A stretch of 64,000 nt of DNA from Chiloscyllium plagiosum (Eukaryota). The stretch covers positions 12,256,924 to 12,320,923 of the forward strand of contig NC_057718.1 of the NCBI RefSeq assembly GCF_004010195.1, in the 5' to 3' direction. Below, in pieces: positions 27,072 to 41,102 of this stretch. Made by a program: the position numbers and the translations under genes. How positions within the stretch are numbered: the first letter of the stretch is position 1; each line of letters opens with the position of its first letter. The notes beneath the pieces are model-generated. The model saw only the letters and a list, made by a program, of their open reading frames with translations. It was not told the DNA's origin and did no database searches.

Positions 27072-27511
27072 CACAGCAATTTGAGGGTGCATACATGAGG
27101 ATCAGTGGTCAGCACATCATCGTGGGCTGAAGGGCCTGTTCTGTGCTGTACTGTTCTATTCTATGTTCTATGAAACAAACTTGGATAACCTGCCCCAAGT
27201 TGGTTCCTTAACTCATTAGTTTAAAAATCCACCCTCTACACACTCCAGGAATTCATCCATCACAGTATTGTCGCTAAAGTGGTTAGCCCAGCTTGTGTGT
27301 CAATTAAAATCAACCAGGAGTACTGTAGTATCCTTACCAGATGCATCTCTAATATCCTATTGGTCATCCTCTACCTCACCGTGATAGTTTAGAGGTCAAG
27401 TCCCACCAATGTTTTCTGCCCCTTGTTGCTCTCAGCTCCCCTCACTGATTCCACATCCAGATTTCCTGTGCCAACATCCTTCCTCACTAGGACACTTACT
27501 TCATCTTTCAG

Positions 27512-28540
27512 TGGGTGGTGGAGGAGGGTTGCTTCTCAGACTTGGAGGCCTGTGACCAGCAGCGTGCCACAAGGGCTGGTGGTGTGCCCACTGCTTTTCA
27601 TCATTACATATATGATTTGGATGTGAATATAGGAGATATTGTTAGTAAGTTTGCAGATGACACCAAAATTGGAGAAGGTTACCTCAGAGTACAATGGGGT
27701 CTTGATCAGATGGACAACAGGCCGAAAACTGGCAGATGGAGTTGAATTTAGATAAAGTGAGCTGCTGCATTTTGGAAAAACAAATCAGGACAGGGCTTAT
27801 ACACAATGGTATGGTCTTGGGGAATGTTGCTGAACAAAGACCTTGAAGTGCAGATTCATAGTTCCTTCAAATTGGACTCGCAGGTAGATAAGATAATGAG
27901 GAAGGCATTTGATATGCTTGCCTTGATTGATCAGTGCAATGAGTAGGGGAGTTGGAAGGTCATGTTGCAGCTGCACAGGACATGGGTTAGACACTATTGG
28001 AATACTGTGTGCAATTCTGGTCTTCCTGCTATAGGAAGGAAGTTGTGAAACTTGAAGGGTTCAGAAAAGATTGACAAGGACGTTGCCAGGGTTGGAGGAT
28101 TTGAGTTTACAGAAAGAGGCTGAACAGGCTGGGGCTACTTTCCCTGGAGGGTCGGAGGCTGAGGAGTGACCTTACAGAGATTTATAAATATCATGAGGGG
28201 CATGGATAGTGTAAATAGACAAAGTATTTTCTCTGGGTGGGATGAGTCCAAACGAGAGGGCATAGGTTTAAGGTAAGAGGGAACAGATTTAAAAGGGATC
28301 TAGCGGGCAGCTTTTTCACACAATGGGTGGTGGGTGTATGGAGTGAACTGCCAGAGGAAGTGATGGAGGCTGGTACAATAACATTTAAAAGGCATCTGGA
28401 TGGGTATATGAATAGGAAGGGTTGAGGGGGATATGGGCCAAATGTTGGCAATTGGGACTAGATTTATTTAGGATCTCTGGTCGGCATGGACGAGTTGGAC
28501 CAAAGGTTCTGTTTCTGTGATATATATTTCTATGACTGTA
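27512..28540 (+). mobile_element. CR1/HER1 LINE 3' fragment
   Basis: WRPVTSSVPQG, KFADDTKIG and the HER1-type 3' end. Confidence 0.9.
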
Positions 28541-28845
28541 TAACAATGCCACCCCACCTCCTTTTCCTATTTGTCTGCCTCTCCTTAACATTGAATTTGT
28601 TTGCATGTTCAATTCCTAACCTCGATCACCCCATATCTTCATCACAATCATACCATACCAGCATATAACTATTTGCAGTGTTAACCTGTCTACCATTTTA
28701 CAAATGCTCTATGCAATTCAGTTGTAGATTTTTTTTTGGTTTTTTGACATTTTCACTCAATTACTGACTCTAGTGCCACTTGCCCTTATTTGCTCTGCCT
28801 TCCACTTTATCTTTCATTTCCACCTTTGTTTCCCTATTCCTTCCT

Positions 28846-29293
28846 GGATGTAGGTTTGCTCGCTGAGCTGGAAGGTTCATTTCCCGACGTTTTGTCACCC
28901 TACTAGGTAACATCCTCAGGTGGGCCTCTGGTAAAGCACTGATGATGATTCCTGCTTTCTATTTATATGTTTGGGTTTCTTTGGGTTGGTGATGTCATTT
29001 CCTGTGGTGAAGTCACTCCCAGTTTCTTTTCTCAGGGGGTGGTAGATGGGGTCCACCACCACTTCCTGAGAAAAAGGGGCAGGAAGTGACTTCAACACAG
29101 GAAATGACATCACCAACCCAAAGAAACCCAAACATGTAACCAGAAAGTAGGAATCATCAGCAGTGCTTCACCAGAGGCCCACTAAAGATGTTACTTAGTA
29201 GGGTGACGAAACATCTGGAAATGAACCTTCCAGTTCAGCGATCAAACCTACATCCAAAACCTCAACCTAAGCTACAAATCTTCTCAAAACTCA
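28846..29293. mobile_element. Penelope-like terminus, long inverted repeat (family C)
   Basis: About 200-bp inverted arms; 12-bp direct flank CTATTCCTTCCT; hammerhead-like core in each arm. Confidence 0.75.
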
Positions 29294-32071
29294 CTATTCC
29301 TTCCTTGCTCAAGTCCCTGTTCCCCCATGCCACACATCTAAAATCTTCCCACTGCACAAGCAAATGCCTCAGCACAAATATTGGCCCCAGCTAGTTTGTA
29401 TAGGTCCTCTGTTAACCAGAATCTAACCATGTATTCATTTGAATCATCATCCTACTCTTGAGCTCACTAGCACATGGAACTGACAGTAAACTAAGATTAT
29501 AACCTTTGAATTCCTACTTTATAATTTATTTCCTAGCTCTATTTTCTGCTTGAGCCACCTCATCCCTGATTTTATCTATATCATCGGTACGGACATGGAC
29601 CACAATCTCTGGCTCTTCTCCCTCCGTCTTCAAAATGTCTTGCAGCCTCTGATATTCTTGACCCTAGCACCAGAGAAACACCATACCATCCTGGCCTCAT
29701 GTCTGCAACCACAAAAACAACCATCCATTCCCCTTAGATTAGAACCTTCTATCATGACTGTTCTCGCAACCCTTGCCACAGAGCTAAGCTAAACCTGGTG
29801 AGACAGACCTGGCTCTTGTTACATTCTCCTGAGAAACCATTTTCTTCAGCAATATCCAAAATGGAAAATGTATTAAAGTGTGACAGGGATCCCTTGCACT
29901 CACTTTCGCGATTTTCTTTTGAAAAACACACTGTTTGTGGTCACCCATTATCTTTCGGCTTGTGAACCCTTTACCAACTGCTGTAACCATGGAGATCTCA
30001 GCCATGTGGATACTTGGCATTGAATCCAATTGTTGCTCCAGATCCAAAAGGTGGATTTTCAGTAGCTGAGGCCGAATACACTTCCTACACACAGGACACT
30101 GGAAACATTCCTAACTTCAAAGACTGAAGGAGTTTCCATCGTGCTGACCTGCCTTGCCTTGATTCAGCCTTAAATTACTCCCTTTGCATTTACTTCATTA
30201 ACCAATCACATCACAGCGTGTTCTCGTCACTCACTCTTCACAGAAATTGTTGAATGTAGATCACGGGCCCTCAATTCACCTACTTTTCTCTGGTCAGTGA
30301 ATGTATACCACCAAAAATCAAAACTTCCCTCTCCCAATGACACCTCAAAAGCAAACAGACTTGGTTATTTCTAGATTACTGAGCAAAACTATAGGATTTA
30401 CATATGGTATAGATTTTGTTCTACGTTTCCTTGTATAAAAATATCAACTAAATATTTAAGAATGTCCAACTATAAAAACAAAATTAATGACAATTACCCA
30501 ACACATTGGGTCCTTCTAATCTGATCAGTTTTTGGCTTTTCAATGTAAAATGGACTATTAAAGCTGCCCTTTCAACACAGATGACAATTACTTTTTTCAG
30601 AGGGTTGTACAACTTTGGAAATCATGGTTTCAAGGTAGTGGAGGCAGGTGTCATTAAATATTCAAGACAAAGATTCTTGATAGGAAGGGGAAATCAAAAA
30701 GGTTCCTAGGGCAAGCGAGGGGAGGGGGGGGTGGGGGGGGAGAGGTGAGGTTATGGAAGAGTGGAATTCAAAACACAAAACAGATCAGCCATGATCTTAC
30801 TGAATGGTGGAGCAGGCTTGTGGGGCTAAATGATATACTTCTGCTCCGATGTATTCAGATATTCCTATACGACATTTCAGCCAAGTTACAAGTGGAATTT
30901 CGACCTCTGGTCAACTAATGTCAAAAGTTAAGATAACAAGTCAAGGATCCTGTTCCAATAAGCACTTAGACTTTCTATGCTGTTCCCAGAAGATAAAATA
31001 GGTTATGTCAGACTGTTATTGTAAATGGAAGTAAACAGTTAAGAATGATTTTGCTTTTAATGTTTTTTGGCAAAAAGTATTCCAGGCTTGTAGGGATTAT
31101 TTTCCTTTTCCAAATACTGGTCTATAATTTTGACTTTGTGTCTTCATGCCATTGTGTGTTCAAAGCCCCACCGCCAACAGTACCTTTAACTGATACCTGT
31201 ATCTACAATGCCCCGACAGAATGATTAAGTCTTCAGCCTAAAACAAGAAATTCAGGAAGTCAGGCACAATGGCATCCTGACAACCCTCCTAAGGTGAGTC
31301 AGCTCGAGGAAAATATCATCTAAGGATACAAACTTGAATTATTAAGGGGAGCAGTGAGAGCATTTATTCAGTAGAACGAAAACATTACATTTAATCAACA
31401 CTGTCTTTACAACATTTATTTACAATCATAACTATAGCTTACTTCTTGGCATCATATTTACCTGTTTGCTTCCATTTTGTAAGTGTACATACTGTGTAGT
31501 CTGAAATAATTAATAACTGGTTTCCAAATTATCTCAAAATTATACCTTGTTCACTCAAATATAGAGCATCAACATGAGCAGTAAGAGAGGATGTAGTGAA
31601 GGTTCATGAGGTTGGTTGTAAAAATGAGGAAATTCAGTTACTTTGACAAGATTGAGAGATTTGATAGAGGTACTTAAAATCATGAGGGCACTTGACAGAG
31701 TAGATTAGGAGAAAATGTGTTTGTATTGGGAGGGGAAGGATCAAGAACCAGAAGAGACAGATTAAAACCATTGATAAAAGAAGCAATAGAATTAGGAGGA
31801 AAAAGTATTTTACACAATGAGGGGTTAGATCTGCAGGCAGGTCTAGAGGAGTGGAGGCAGGTTCAATCAAGACATTCAAGAAGGGAATGCATTATCAGAA
31901 AAACAAGAACAGATGGGGCAATAGGGAGAAGGCAATGGAGTAGCACTGAGCAGGCACAAGGGGCTGAATGGTATCCTTCTCTGCTGTAACATTGCTCTTA
32001 TATCTTAAAAGGTGTTTCACTGGGTAAAGTATTCCTCAGGGGCTAGCACATGCTCGATGGACTGAAGGTTT

Positions 32072-32388
32072 ATAGATTAGATTACTTACGGTGTGAAGAC
32101 AGGCCCTTCAGTCCAACAAGTCCACACCGACCTGCCGAAGAGCAACTCACCCAGACCCATTCCCCAACATTTACCTCTTCACCTAACTACAGGCAATTTA
32201 GCATGGCCAATTCACCTAACCTGCACATTTTTGGACTGTGGGAGGAAACCGGAGCACCCAGAGGAAATCCACACAGACACGGGAAGAATGTGCAAACTCT
32301 ACACAGACAGTTGCCTGAGGCAGGAATTGAACCCAGGTCTCTGGCGCTGTGAGGCAGCAGGGCTAACCACTGTGCCACCGTGCTGCCC
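32072..32388 (-). mobile_element. HE1 V-SINE, full length
   Basis: tRNA-derived head (GGCACAGTGGTTAGC...GGTTCAATTCC), V-domain, TAATC tail. Confidence 0.93.
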
Positions 32389-34559
32389 ATAAATGTTCTC
32401 CAGTCAATTGGCACACTCTATTCATACAGTTTAAAAGCTATTTTTCCCCCTTGAATTTGTATTCTTGCAAAAATGTCCTGATACATACAAGATGAAAAGC
32501 TTCATTAAAGTGTCTTTTTTCAGTAATACTCAAAATCTGTGCTACCTTATGACCTTTTCTATTTTACTCCCAAGATTTAAAATCGATTCAACCATCCACT
32601 GATGCAGTAATTCAGTTCAACAAACAGGTCCCACTTAAATATCCTTTCATTACGTGACTTGGCTTGATTACGTTTATACGCAGCATGATTCAAAAATAGT
32701 TGGCTAAGGCTCATTTCACTTTACATAAGAAAAAAAAGCTTGTCATTCTGCCCATTGAGCTTGTCTTACTGCTCAATTAGCTGAGGTACTTCAACATTTA
32801 TAGACTTTGCTCCATATCCTTCAATACCCTTGCATATTATAGATCTGTTGACCTTCAACTGACCTTGTATCCAAAACCTCTTTAGGGAAAAGGATTCCAG
32901 ATGTCCATTATCCTATCTCTAATGTTAATATTATGGCCTTCTGCTTCTCAGTAGCCTCTCTGCATTTGCCCTTTGAGCATGTTGTTAACTCTTCATTATT
33001 TCTAAACTGAAAAAGGTAAGCAACCCATATTGATCCAAACTGTCCACAGTTTAACCCTTTTAAGCCCTGATTCAAGTCTGATGGATTGCTGCTGTATCCC
33101 CTTAACAGGTCAACCTATTCTTCCTGAGGTGCAGTGTCCAAAATTGAATGCAGTACTCCAGATGGGCTCAATACAACAAACATCACTTTCTCATATTTGA
33201 AGTCCAATCCCCTTGAAATAAAGGCCAAAATACCATTACATGATTATTTACAGACTGTCACTTAGAATAACATATTTCCTCTATTTCAGCCTACAGCTCA
33301 AAATGTGGGTTTGAACTAGTCTCAGAACATATGTATGATATTCAGCTGGGACATGGCATTATATATAAAAAAACTACAGCTGGCTTTAAATTCGTAACGT
33401 GTTACGACTAAATTGTAATGGATCACCACAGAGCCAAACCTGGGCACGCCAGAGATCTGTTGACAATTTAGATCACATTTGTATTCCAGCTCCCACATTT
33501 GAATCGGAGATTGAATTGATTTTTATCATCCTTTACCAAGTTGTCTGCAGGAAAAAATACTGGAAAGGCTTGACACAGCCATCTGTTCAATCCCTTCCCC
33601 CAGTATAGGAAAGGGTAGATTTTTGCAAGTAAATCATCCTGAACCACAATGAAATGCTCCCTAGTGATTCTTCATCAGGTTCGATGAAAACCTCTCTTCT
33701 TCCAAGTGACAATGAAGTAGAGGGTAATATTGGATATGCCCTCTAACAGTGTCATTTTGGATCTTTCATGCCAATGTTTATGCTTTTGTTTAAAAATTAA
33801 TTCACAGCCAGCATTTATTACCCATTCGAAATTGCCAGAAAGCAGGTAAGAGCCAGTCAAATCAGATTTTCGCTGAGGATCTAGAGACACACAGAGGCCA
33901 GATCAGCTAAGCTTGACAGATACATATCCCTTAAAAGGACATTAGTAAATCAGAAGGGTTTCACGACAATTAATAGTAATTACATGGCAGCCATTAGGCT
34001 AACGTTTTTTAAAAATAAATTTAAACTTCAACCATTTCTCAAACGGATTCAAACCCATGTAATCAGAACTGGGGTGTTTCTGGATTATTAGCCCAGTGAC
34101 ATTACCCTGATACCATCATCGCCCCACAAGCCTTATTCCATTTTTTAAAATCTAAATCTATCATTATAACCTGCTATTTTCTTCTTCTTCATGTTGTCTA
34201 GCTCGCCCTTCAATAATGTCTATATTGTTTATCTCAACCATTCCCTCAAAATAGCATTCTCACCAACACCAGAAGGTTCACTGAACCTGAAATTCTGCTT
34301 TCTCTCTGCAGATGCTGCCAGACCCGCTCAGTTTCTCCAGCAATTTCTGGTTTTTGTTTCAGACTTCCAGCATCCATAGTTCTTTGTGCAATAATATGTA
34401 AAACGTTCTCACAATGTTCGGGTCAAGAAGTTCCTTCTGAATTCCTGATTTGATTTCTCTGTGACTATCTCGCATTGATGGTCTCTTGTTACACACTTCC
34501 TCATGCAAGGAAAAATGTTCATTCTGTAACAAAACCGATCAGTGTAAAGAACCCTCAGT

Positions 34560-36740
34560 GGTCACAGGCACAGACTGGCATGTGGAATTTTGATATGGCA
34601 ATGACAGAGACCAGGCTTAAGAAAGGACAAGCCTGTGTGTGTTAAATATTGCTGGGTACAACGTGTTCAGAAGATATAGAAAACAAAAAGGAAAGGGAGG
34701 ATGAATAGCAGTATTGGTTAGGGACAGCATTACAATGCTGGAGAAAGATGTTTCGGATATGTTACACAGAATCAATTTTACTAGAATTAAAACAACAAAA
34801 AAGGACACGAATACGGAGGAAAAATACAGAGAAATGCAAACATATATTAGTAGTTATATATGGGAGACAACAATAACCAAGCATAGACTGCGATGCTTTT
34901 ACTTTACAGGGCAAGTGTGCCTGGAATGCATGCGGGAGAGCTTCCTACAGCAGTAGGATTTCCAGCCCTGCAAGAAAGGGTGTATTGTTGACCCTAGTTC
35001 TTTGAAAGGCTACCTTCAAAATAGAGATGGCTCTTGTACATCCAAGGTATATTCCCACAAATGAGAATGGTAGAATGAACAAATCCAGAGCCATCTAGAT
35101 GACAAATATTATAGAAGATAAAGTGCACTTACGATAAGTGTCAGATAGTGAACAAAGAGGAACATGGAAGGTTCAGAAGGTTCGGGAGGAGGAGAGGGTT
35201 GAAAAAACAAATAAGAGAAGCCAAGAAAAGTGGAGAAAGAATGGCAACCAACATAAGGAAACATCCCAAAGTCTTCTTTAACCATAAAAATATAAGTAGC
35301 AAAAGAGAGTGGTAAAACGGAGTAGTGGCCAAAAGGGGATTTACATCTGGAAGCAGGAGACAGCTGAAGTGTTGAAAGAATACTTCACACCTATCTTTAC
35401 AGGTGTGAGAGAAAGCCAGGTGACAGTGAAGGCTACTCAGTCACTAAAACTGATAGGGCAGAAGTATTGGTTAGACTTAAAAGGAGACAAGACACCGGAA
35501 CCGGATGGGATGCATCCAAGGATTTTGAAGATAGAGAGTAGAATTGCAGGGATATTCGCCACAATCTTCCAGACTTCCCAAGACTCGGGGGAAGATGCCG
35601 TAAGACTGGAAAATTGATCATCTGTGGCAATGTTCAAGTAAGGTTGCAAGAATAAAACCAATAATTACAGACCGTCAGTTTAGCTTCAGCAAAGGGGAAG
35701 GTTCTAGAGATTATTCGGGTTAGAATTAGTAATTACATGTAAGGAGGTGGCATGATTTGGAAGAGTCAGCATGAATATCTCATGGGAAAATCATTTTCCA
35801 AACTAATAAGTTTTTTTTGAAAAGCTAACAAAGGCTTTATGACAGCAATACTATTGACGAGATGTACGTCAACTTTCAGAAGATATTTAATACAGCGCCA
35901 CACAACAGATCTGAGAGAAAAAATATATGTCATGGATTCGGTATTACCATCACTGAATGTGCCATTATAACATCCTAGCACTTACCATTAACAAGAAAAT
36001 AGCTGGATTAGCCATCTCAACACAGTGGCTACAACAGCAGGTCAGAAGCTGGAAATTCTACAATAAGTAACTCACATTCTGATCAGCATTTACAAGATGT
36101 AAGTAAGGAGCATGATGGAATATGCTTCACACGAAAGGGAATCAGTGAAGCATTAATGGAAATAAGAAGATAGTAGATGTATTCAACTATGTTTTGTATC
36201 AGTCTTCATTGTAATGGATGCAAGGAACATCTAGTGGTTATAAATCAGGAAATTAAATAAAGGGTGGAGCTCTGGAAGATTACAATCAGGGTAGTGGTAG
36301 TGAACAAATTGCTGGACCTATGGGCTGACAAGTTCCTGGGTCTTAGTGGACTTCATTCTTGGGTCTGAAAAGAATGGCCAATAGGCAAGTTAATGCATTG
36401 CTTTAATTTTCCCAAGATACCCTAGATTCACAGAAGGTTCCATTAAATTGGAAAACAGTGAATGTAACGCCTTTATTCAAAAAGGGAGGGATAAAGCAAG
36501 AAACTGGAGGCCAGTTACCTTAACATCTATCATAGGGAAAATATTACAAGCTTTTATTAAAGATGTAATAATGGGGCACATGAATAAGTTGAAGTTTAGA
36601 AGCGTAAAGGCTGACTTGATTAAAGCATAAAATGATCTTGAGAAAAAAGGACTTTCTCTTGTGGAAGAATCTAGACCGAAGGGTCACTGTTTTAAAAAAA
36701 AAAGGACTCGCCCATTTAAGTCAGAGATGAGGAGAACATT
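34560..36740 (+). mobile_element. Old degenerate CR1 LINE fragments
   Basis: KTPEPDGMHPRILK and NWRPVTLTSIIGK remnants. Confidence 0.7.
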
Positions 36741-36764
36741 TTTCTCTCAAAGGATCGTGAGTCT

Positions 36765-36978
36765 TGAGCTGTCTCGGATCATTGGTTTACAGAGCAGTAT
36801 GATGCCAACAGAGTGGGTTCAATTCCCATCACCGGTTTGAAGTTACCATGAAGGACTCTCCTTCTCAACCTCTTCCCTTGCCTGAGGTCTGGTGGCCCTC
36901 AGGTTAAATCACCACCAGATGCTTCTCTCTCTGATGAGAGTGCAGCCCCTATGGTCTGGCAAGACTATAGTGACAACC
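36765..36978 (+). mobile_element. tRNA-derived SINE (non-HE1)
   Basis: B-box GGGTTCAATTCCC plus internal CCTGAGG...CCTCAGG hairpin; interrupts a CR1 relic. Confidence 0.55.
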
Positions 36979-37290
36979 AAAAAATAACTCAAGACTGTGG
37001 AAGTAGAAAGTTTAGATCTTTTAAGGCAGAGTCAGGCAGATTTTTAATAAACAAGGGGGTGAAATGTTTTTGGGATAGGCAGGAATGTGGAATAATCAGA
37101 TCAGCCACGATCTTATTGAATGGCATAGCAAGTGCTCAGTAGCCTACTCAAGTACTCCTAATTCCTATGTTTGTATACTTACAAAAAGATAGAGTGGTGT
37201 GATATTCACACTTTTTTTTTGTTTGGGATCACTCCAACAGGCTTACCAAAAATGTTATCAGAAATGCTTCTCTCCTGTTCACCTAAACTA

Positions 37291-37579
37291 TTTAGGAGAA
37301 AGTGAGGACTGCAGATGCTGGAGATCAAAGCTGAAAAAGTGTTGCTGGAAAAGTGCAGTCAGGCAGCATCCAAGGAGCAGGAGAATCGACGTTTCGGGCA
37401 TGAGCCCTTCTTCAAGAATCCTGGAATTGAACCTGGCACCCTGGTGCTGTGAGGCAGCAGTGCTAACCACTGAGCCACCGTGCTGCCCGTGATTCCTGAA
37501 GAAGGGCTCATGCCCGAAACGTCGATTCTCCTGCTCCTTGGATGCTGCTTGACCTGCTGCGCTTTTCCAGCAACACTTT
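37291..37579. mobile_element. Penelope-like inverted terminus (family B) with an HE1 SINE head in the loop
   Basis: 13-bp direct flank TTCACCTAAACTA; intact hammerhead core at 37496-37523. Confidence 0.75.
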
Positions 37580-37816
37580 TTCACCTAAACTACTTCCCTA
37601 TTATAGCAAATTCCACATTCTCACCACTCAGGAAATTCTGAGGAAAACACATTACCCAATTTGACTTCTTGGTGACGGTCTCATGCTGATCATTTGATTT
37701 AATAAAAGCAAGCACACACACAAAAAAAAACTTAGTACTGTTTAAATACATTTAGAATAATGATCCCATTCAGAAAAAGGACGATGAACAAGATGACAAT
37801 TTGGCAAACAACGTAC

Positions 37817-37900
37817 CTAAAGTGCACTGGGTTTCTGTGATAACATTCATCTCCCTCAGATATAGTTTCTCTTTGTGAGATAGATCGCGTCTTTCCAGAT
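37817..37900 (-). CDS. PHF10: PHF10 coding exon 4 ([28 protein letters not shown])
   Basis: Manual translation; acceptor TTTGCCAG, donor G|GTACG; 84 nt. Confidence 0.97.
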
Positions 37901-38547
37901 CTGGCAAAGAACATGTATAATTTATTTTAAAGAATTAAACTTAATTAATAAATACTAATGGCTGCCTGCACCTTCTTTATAATCTTGTTCTCTCAGACAA
38001 ACAGGTATGAATAGACAATAGCTTACACTCTTAAATATATTATTTCATGGCACTCGGGTGACACTGGTAAGGCCAGCATCGTTTCTCTTTCTTAAGCTCT
38101 TGAACAGAGTGGCTTCCTCGGCTGTTTCAGAAGGTAGTTACCAGTCAACCACATTGCTGTGGGTCTGGAGTCACATGTGGGCCAGATGGGGTAAGAATGG
38201 CAGATTTCCTTAAGGACATTATTGTTAGAGGACCCTTAGTACACAATGGATTTCCATTGGATTTGTGCAGGATAGAGTTTCAATCAGAGGTTAATGGTGA
38301 TGTTGCAGGTATGGTGATCTGCTACTTAGATTCTGAAAGCTCTTTGTAAAAGTAGCAATGTGCATCAAAGAACACGACCGTTTCAGAACCACGATAGCCA
38401 AAAATGACATTTACAACAAATGGATCAAACGTCATTGTAATTAATAAATATTTAACATACTTCTGATTACACACAATGTTTATATATCTCAACGCAAAAG
38501 CGTTTCTGAATAGATTACATTCCAAACTGAAGCTCAAAAAACCCTAC

Positions 38548-38678
38548 CTGGGTATTTACGCTTGAATGATGTCACACCTAAATATTCACTAACTTGTTCC
38601 TGAAGCATGTAATACTCCCCTGTGTCATCAGCTGGCCATTTATATTCTGTTAACATCTCTGCTGGAAAATAGCTGGAG
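38548..38678 (-). CDS. PHF10: PHF10 coding exon 3 ([43 protein letters not shown]), SAY domain start
   Basis: Near-identical to vertebrate PHF10; AG/GT flanks; 131 nt. Confidence 0.97.
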
Positions 38679-38899
38679 CTGAGAACAAAAAAAAGACGTA
38701 AATTTGCACAGGTGTACTGTAATCCCAGTAACAAGATTCCATAGAGATAACAACACTAGCAAAATAATATATGTACCCAATTCCCCAAGGAGGACAGGGT
38801 GGATATTTTACCACAAAAATCTGTATTTTTCCAAGCAATTCACTTCAAATCATAAAAGGGAAAAATATGGAAGCTTTAAAACCAAGAATTAAATTGTAC

Positions 38900-39009
38900 C
38901 TGAAGTCCTGAGTTGTGTCACTGCTTTTTGAGCTATCTCCAGATCCCATCCGTCGGCGTTTGGCAGGCTGGCTTATGGCATCATCATTTGAAGTCTCCTC
39001 TGTCTCTTC
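38900..39009 (-). CDS. PHF10: PHF10 coding exon 2 (EETEETSNDDAISQPAKRRRMGSGDSSKSSDTTQDF)
   Basis: KRRRMGSGDSS motif; acceptor CTCCAG, donor AG|GTAC; 110 nt. Confidence 0.95.
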
Positions 39010-39115
39010 CTGGAGTGGTGAATGAAACAAATAAAGAACTTGCACTTACAAAGCACTTTGCATTATTATCATACAGCTCAAAGCTCTTTGTAATCAACAA
39101 AGTACTTCTCAAATA

Positions 39116-39433
39116 GGCGGCATGGTGGCACAGTGGTTAGCACTGCTGCCTCACAGCGCCAGATACCTGGGTTCAGTTCCCGTCTCAGGCGACTGACTGT
39201 GTGGAGTTTGCACATTCTCCCAGTGTTTGCGTGGGTTTCCTCCAGGTGCTCCGGTTTCCTCCCACAGTCCAAAGATGTGCAGGTCAGGTGAATTGGCCAT
39301 ACTAAAATTGCCTGTAGTATTAGGTGAAGGGGTAAATGTAGGGGTATGGGTGGGTTGCGCTTCGGCAGGTCGGTGTGGACTTGTTGGGCTGAAGGGCCTG
39401 TTTCCACACCGTAAGTAATCTAATCTAATCTAA
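39116..39433 (+). mobile_element. HE1 V-SINE, full length
   Basis: tRNA head, V-domain, (TAATC)n tail. Confidence 0.94.
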
Positions 39434-40946
39434 ATGAAGTTACTATTGTGACATGGAAAGTGTGGCAAACAACTTGCACACAGCACCCGAGATGATAGTG
39501 AGTCTATGAAATTCTTTACTGCAGAGGGATGTTGATGCTGAGTCATTAGATAAGCAGCCCTTTACTAACTAGCACCAATGGGCAAGATGATCCAAATTTT
39601 CTGGATAATCAAGAGGTCCACACAATCAATGTAAAAACACAAATAATAAAAATGTAATGCAGGGTATACACACTTTATACTTTTTTTGGAAAATAAACAC
39701 CATACATCACTTAAATAATAACGCAACTTTGCCTTAAATAAAAAAAACTTACTGGAGAGAGCCTTCTCACTCACACCCTCAACTAACTGTTCAGACATCG
39801 CAGTAGATCATGTAATGTGTGGGGTAATTGACTCAAAATTGAATTAACTGTAGATATTCTGTATGACCATTCAACTGAACAAATATTTTCATTCAGGTAA
39901 ATAAGTTTAAAAAAACTATAACAACCGGACAGAAGAACACAGTAAACTTTGTGGTGTTTGAGTTTATAACTTTTGCCGGTTTATCAAGACTGCCAGTTTA
40001 TAAGGCACTGGCTAAAACAAAGCTTGCTGAATATTAAGAGATAGATTTCCAAATAAGTAAGGAAGTCAAGGATATAGAGAAAGGCAGAAAAATGGAGTTG
40101 ATGATTATCAGCCATGATGTCATTAAGTGGCAATACAGACTCAATGAGCAGAATGGCCTTAATACAGCCTCTGAATATGTGTTAGGACCTTTTACATCCA
40201 CTACATCACTTTAATATCTCCTCCAACATATGGCATGGTTAATTTTGCAGTCCTCCCTCAGTACTGCACTGGAGAATCAGCTTTGATCTTTGCACTTGAA
40301 CCAGGGTCCTGTGATTCAGAGGCAAGAGTGCTATAGCTGGGTCATAGTGGCAAGAAACTCAAAATGAAAAAGATTTTGTTTAGTTGAATCCTTCAAGATA
40401 CTCAGCAAAATCTCTGAACAAACATTGATTACTTGTCCCCCAAGTAACCTTACACTGCTGTGTCAAATTTTGCTTTGTAGTCTCTTGTAAATCACATATT
40501 GTATTCCATTAAGAGTAAGGCTGACCAAGTTGATATGTTCCACAAATGCGGTCTGACATAGTACTTCCTGTACATATCTAGAATTTCAAACATTTGTAGT
40601 CCTTTGTTATTTATTCCCTTTTACTGAATAATGAGGGATTAAATTTTAAAAAAAATGAAAAAAAGGGGAAAAAAAAAGGTGGATTTTACAAGGAATGACA
40701 ATCTTCCACTTTTTAATGCAACAAAAGTAGTTCACATTTCTGACAGATTCTCATCAGGGTTCCTTCAAAAATGTAAAGCTGCACTTCCATTTTGATAGAT
40801 CCCATACAATTCAGAAGTGTTTGACAGGGCAGGGGGAGGAGGAGAAAGCAACTCTCAAGTTTTGAAAGTGATCAACTGCAGTATTCTGAAATGTAGAATC
40901 GTCAGCAGCCACTAACAGCTGGTGCCAAATGGTAAGTACATAAGGC

Positions 40947-41102
40947 AAAGTTAGAAGTTACACAACACTAGATTATAGTCCAACAGGTTTATTTAAAATC
41001 ACAAGCTTTCACATTGCTGCTCTTTCATCTGGTGGACTATAACCTGGTGTTGTGTGACTTCTGACTTTGCCCACCCCAGTCCAAACTGGCATCTCCACAT
41101 CA
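40947..41102. mobile_element. Penelope-like inverted terminus (family A-related)
   Basis: CACAACACTAGATTATAGTCCAACAGG and GGACTATAACCTGGTGTTGTG arms. Confidence 0.65.

Noticed and set aside
26392..27130. Long ORFs of 175-234 aa
   Set aside because: Artefacts of the 500-N gap
39116..39190. tRNA-like A/B boxes (also near 32320-32388 and 57810-57877)
   Set aside because: These are heads of HE1 SINEs, not tRNA genes
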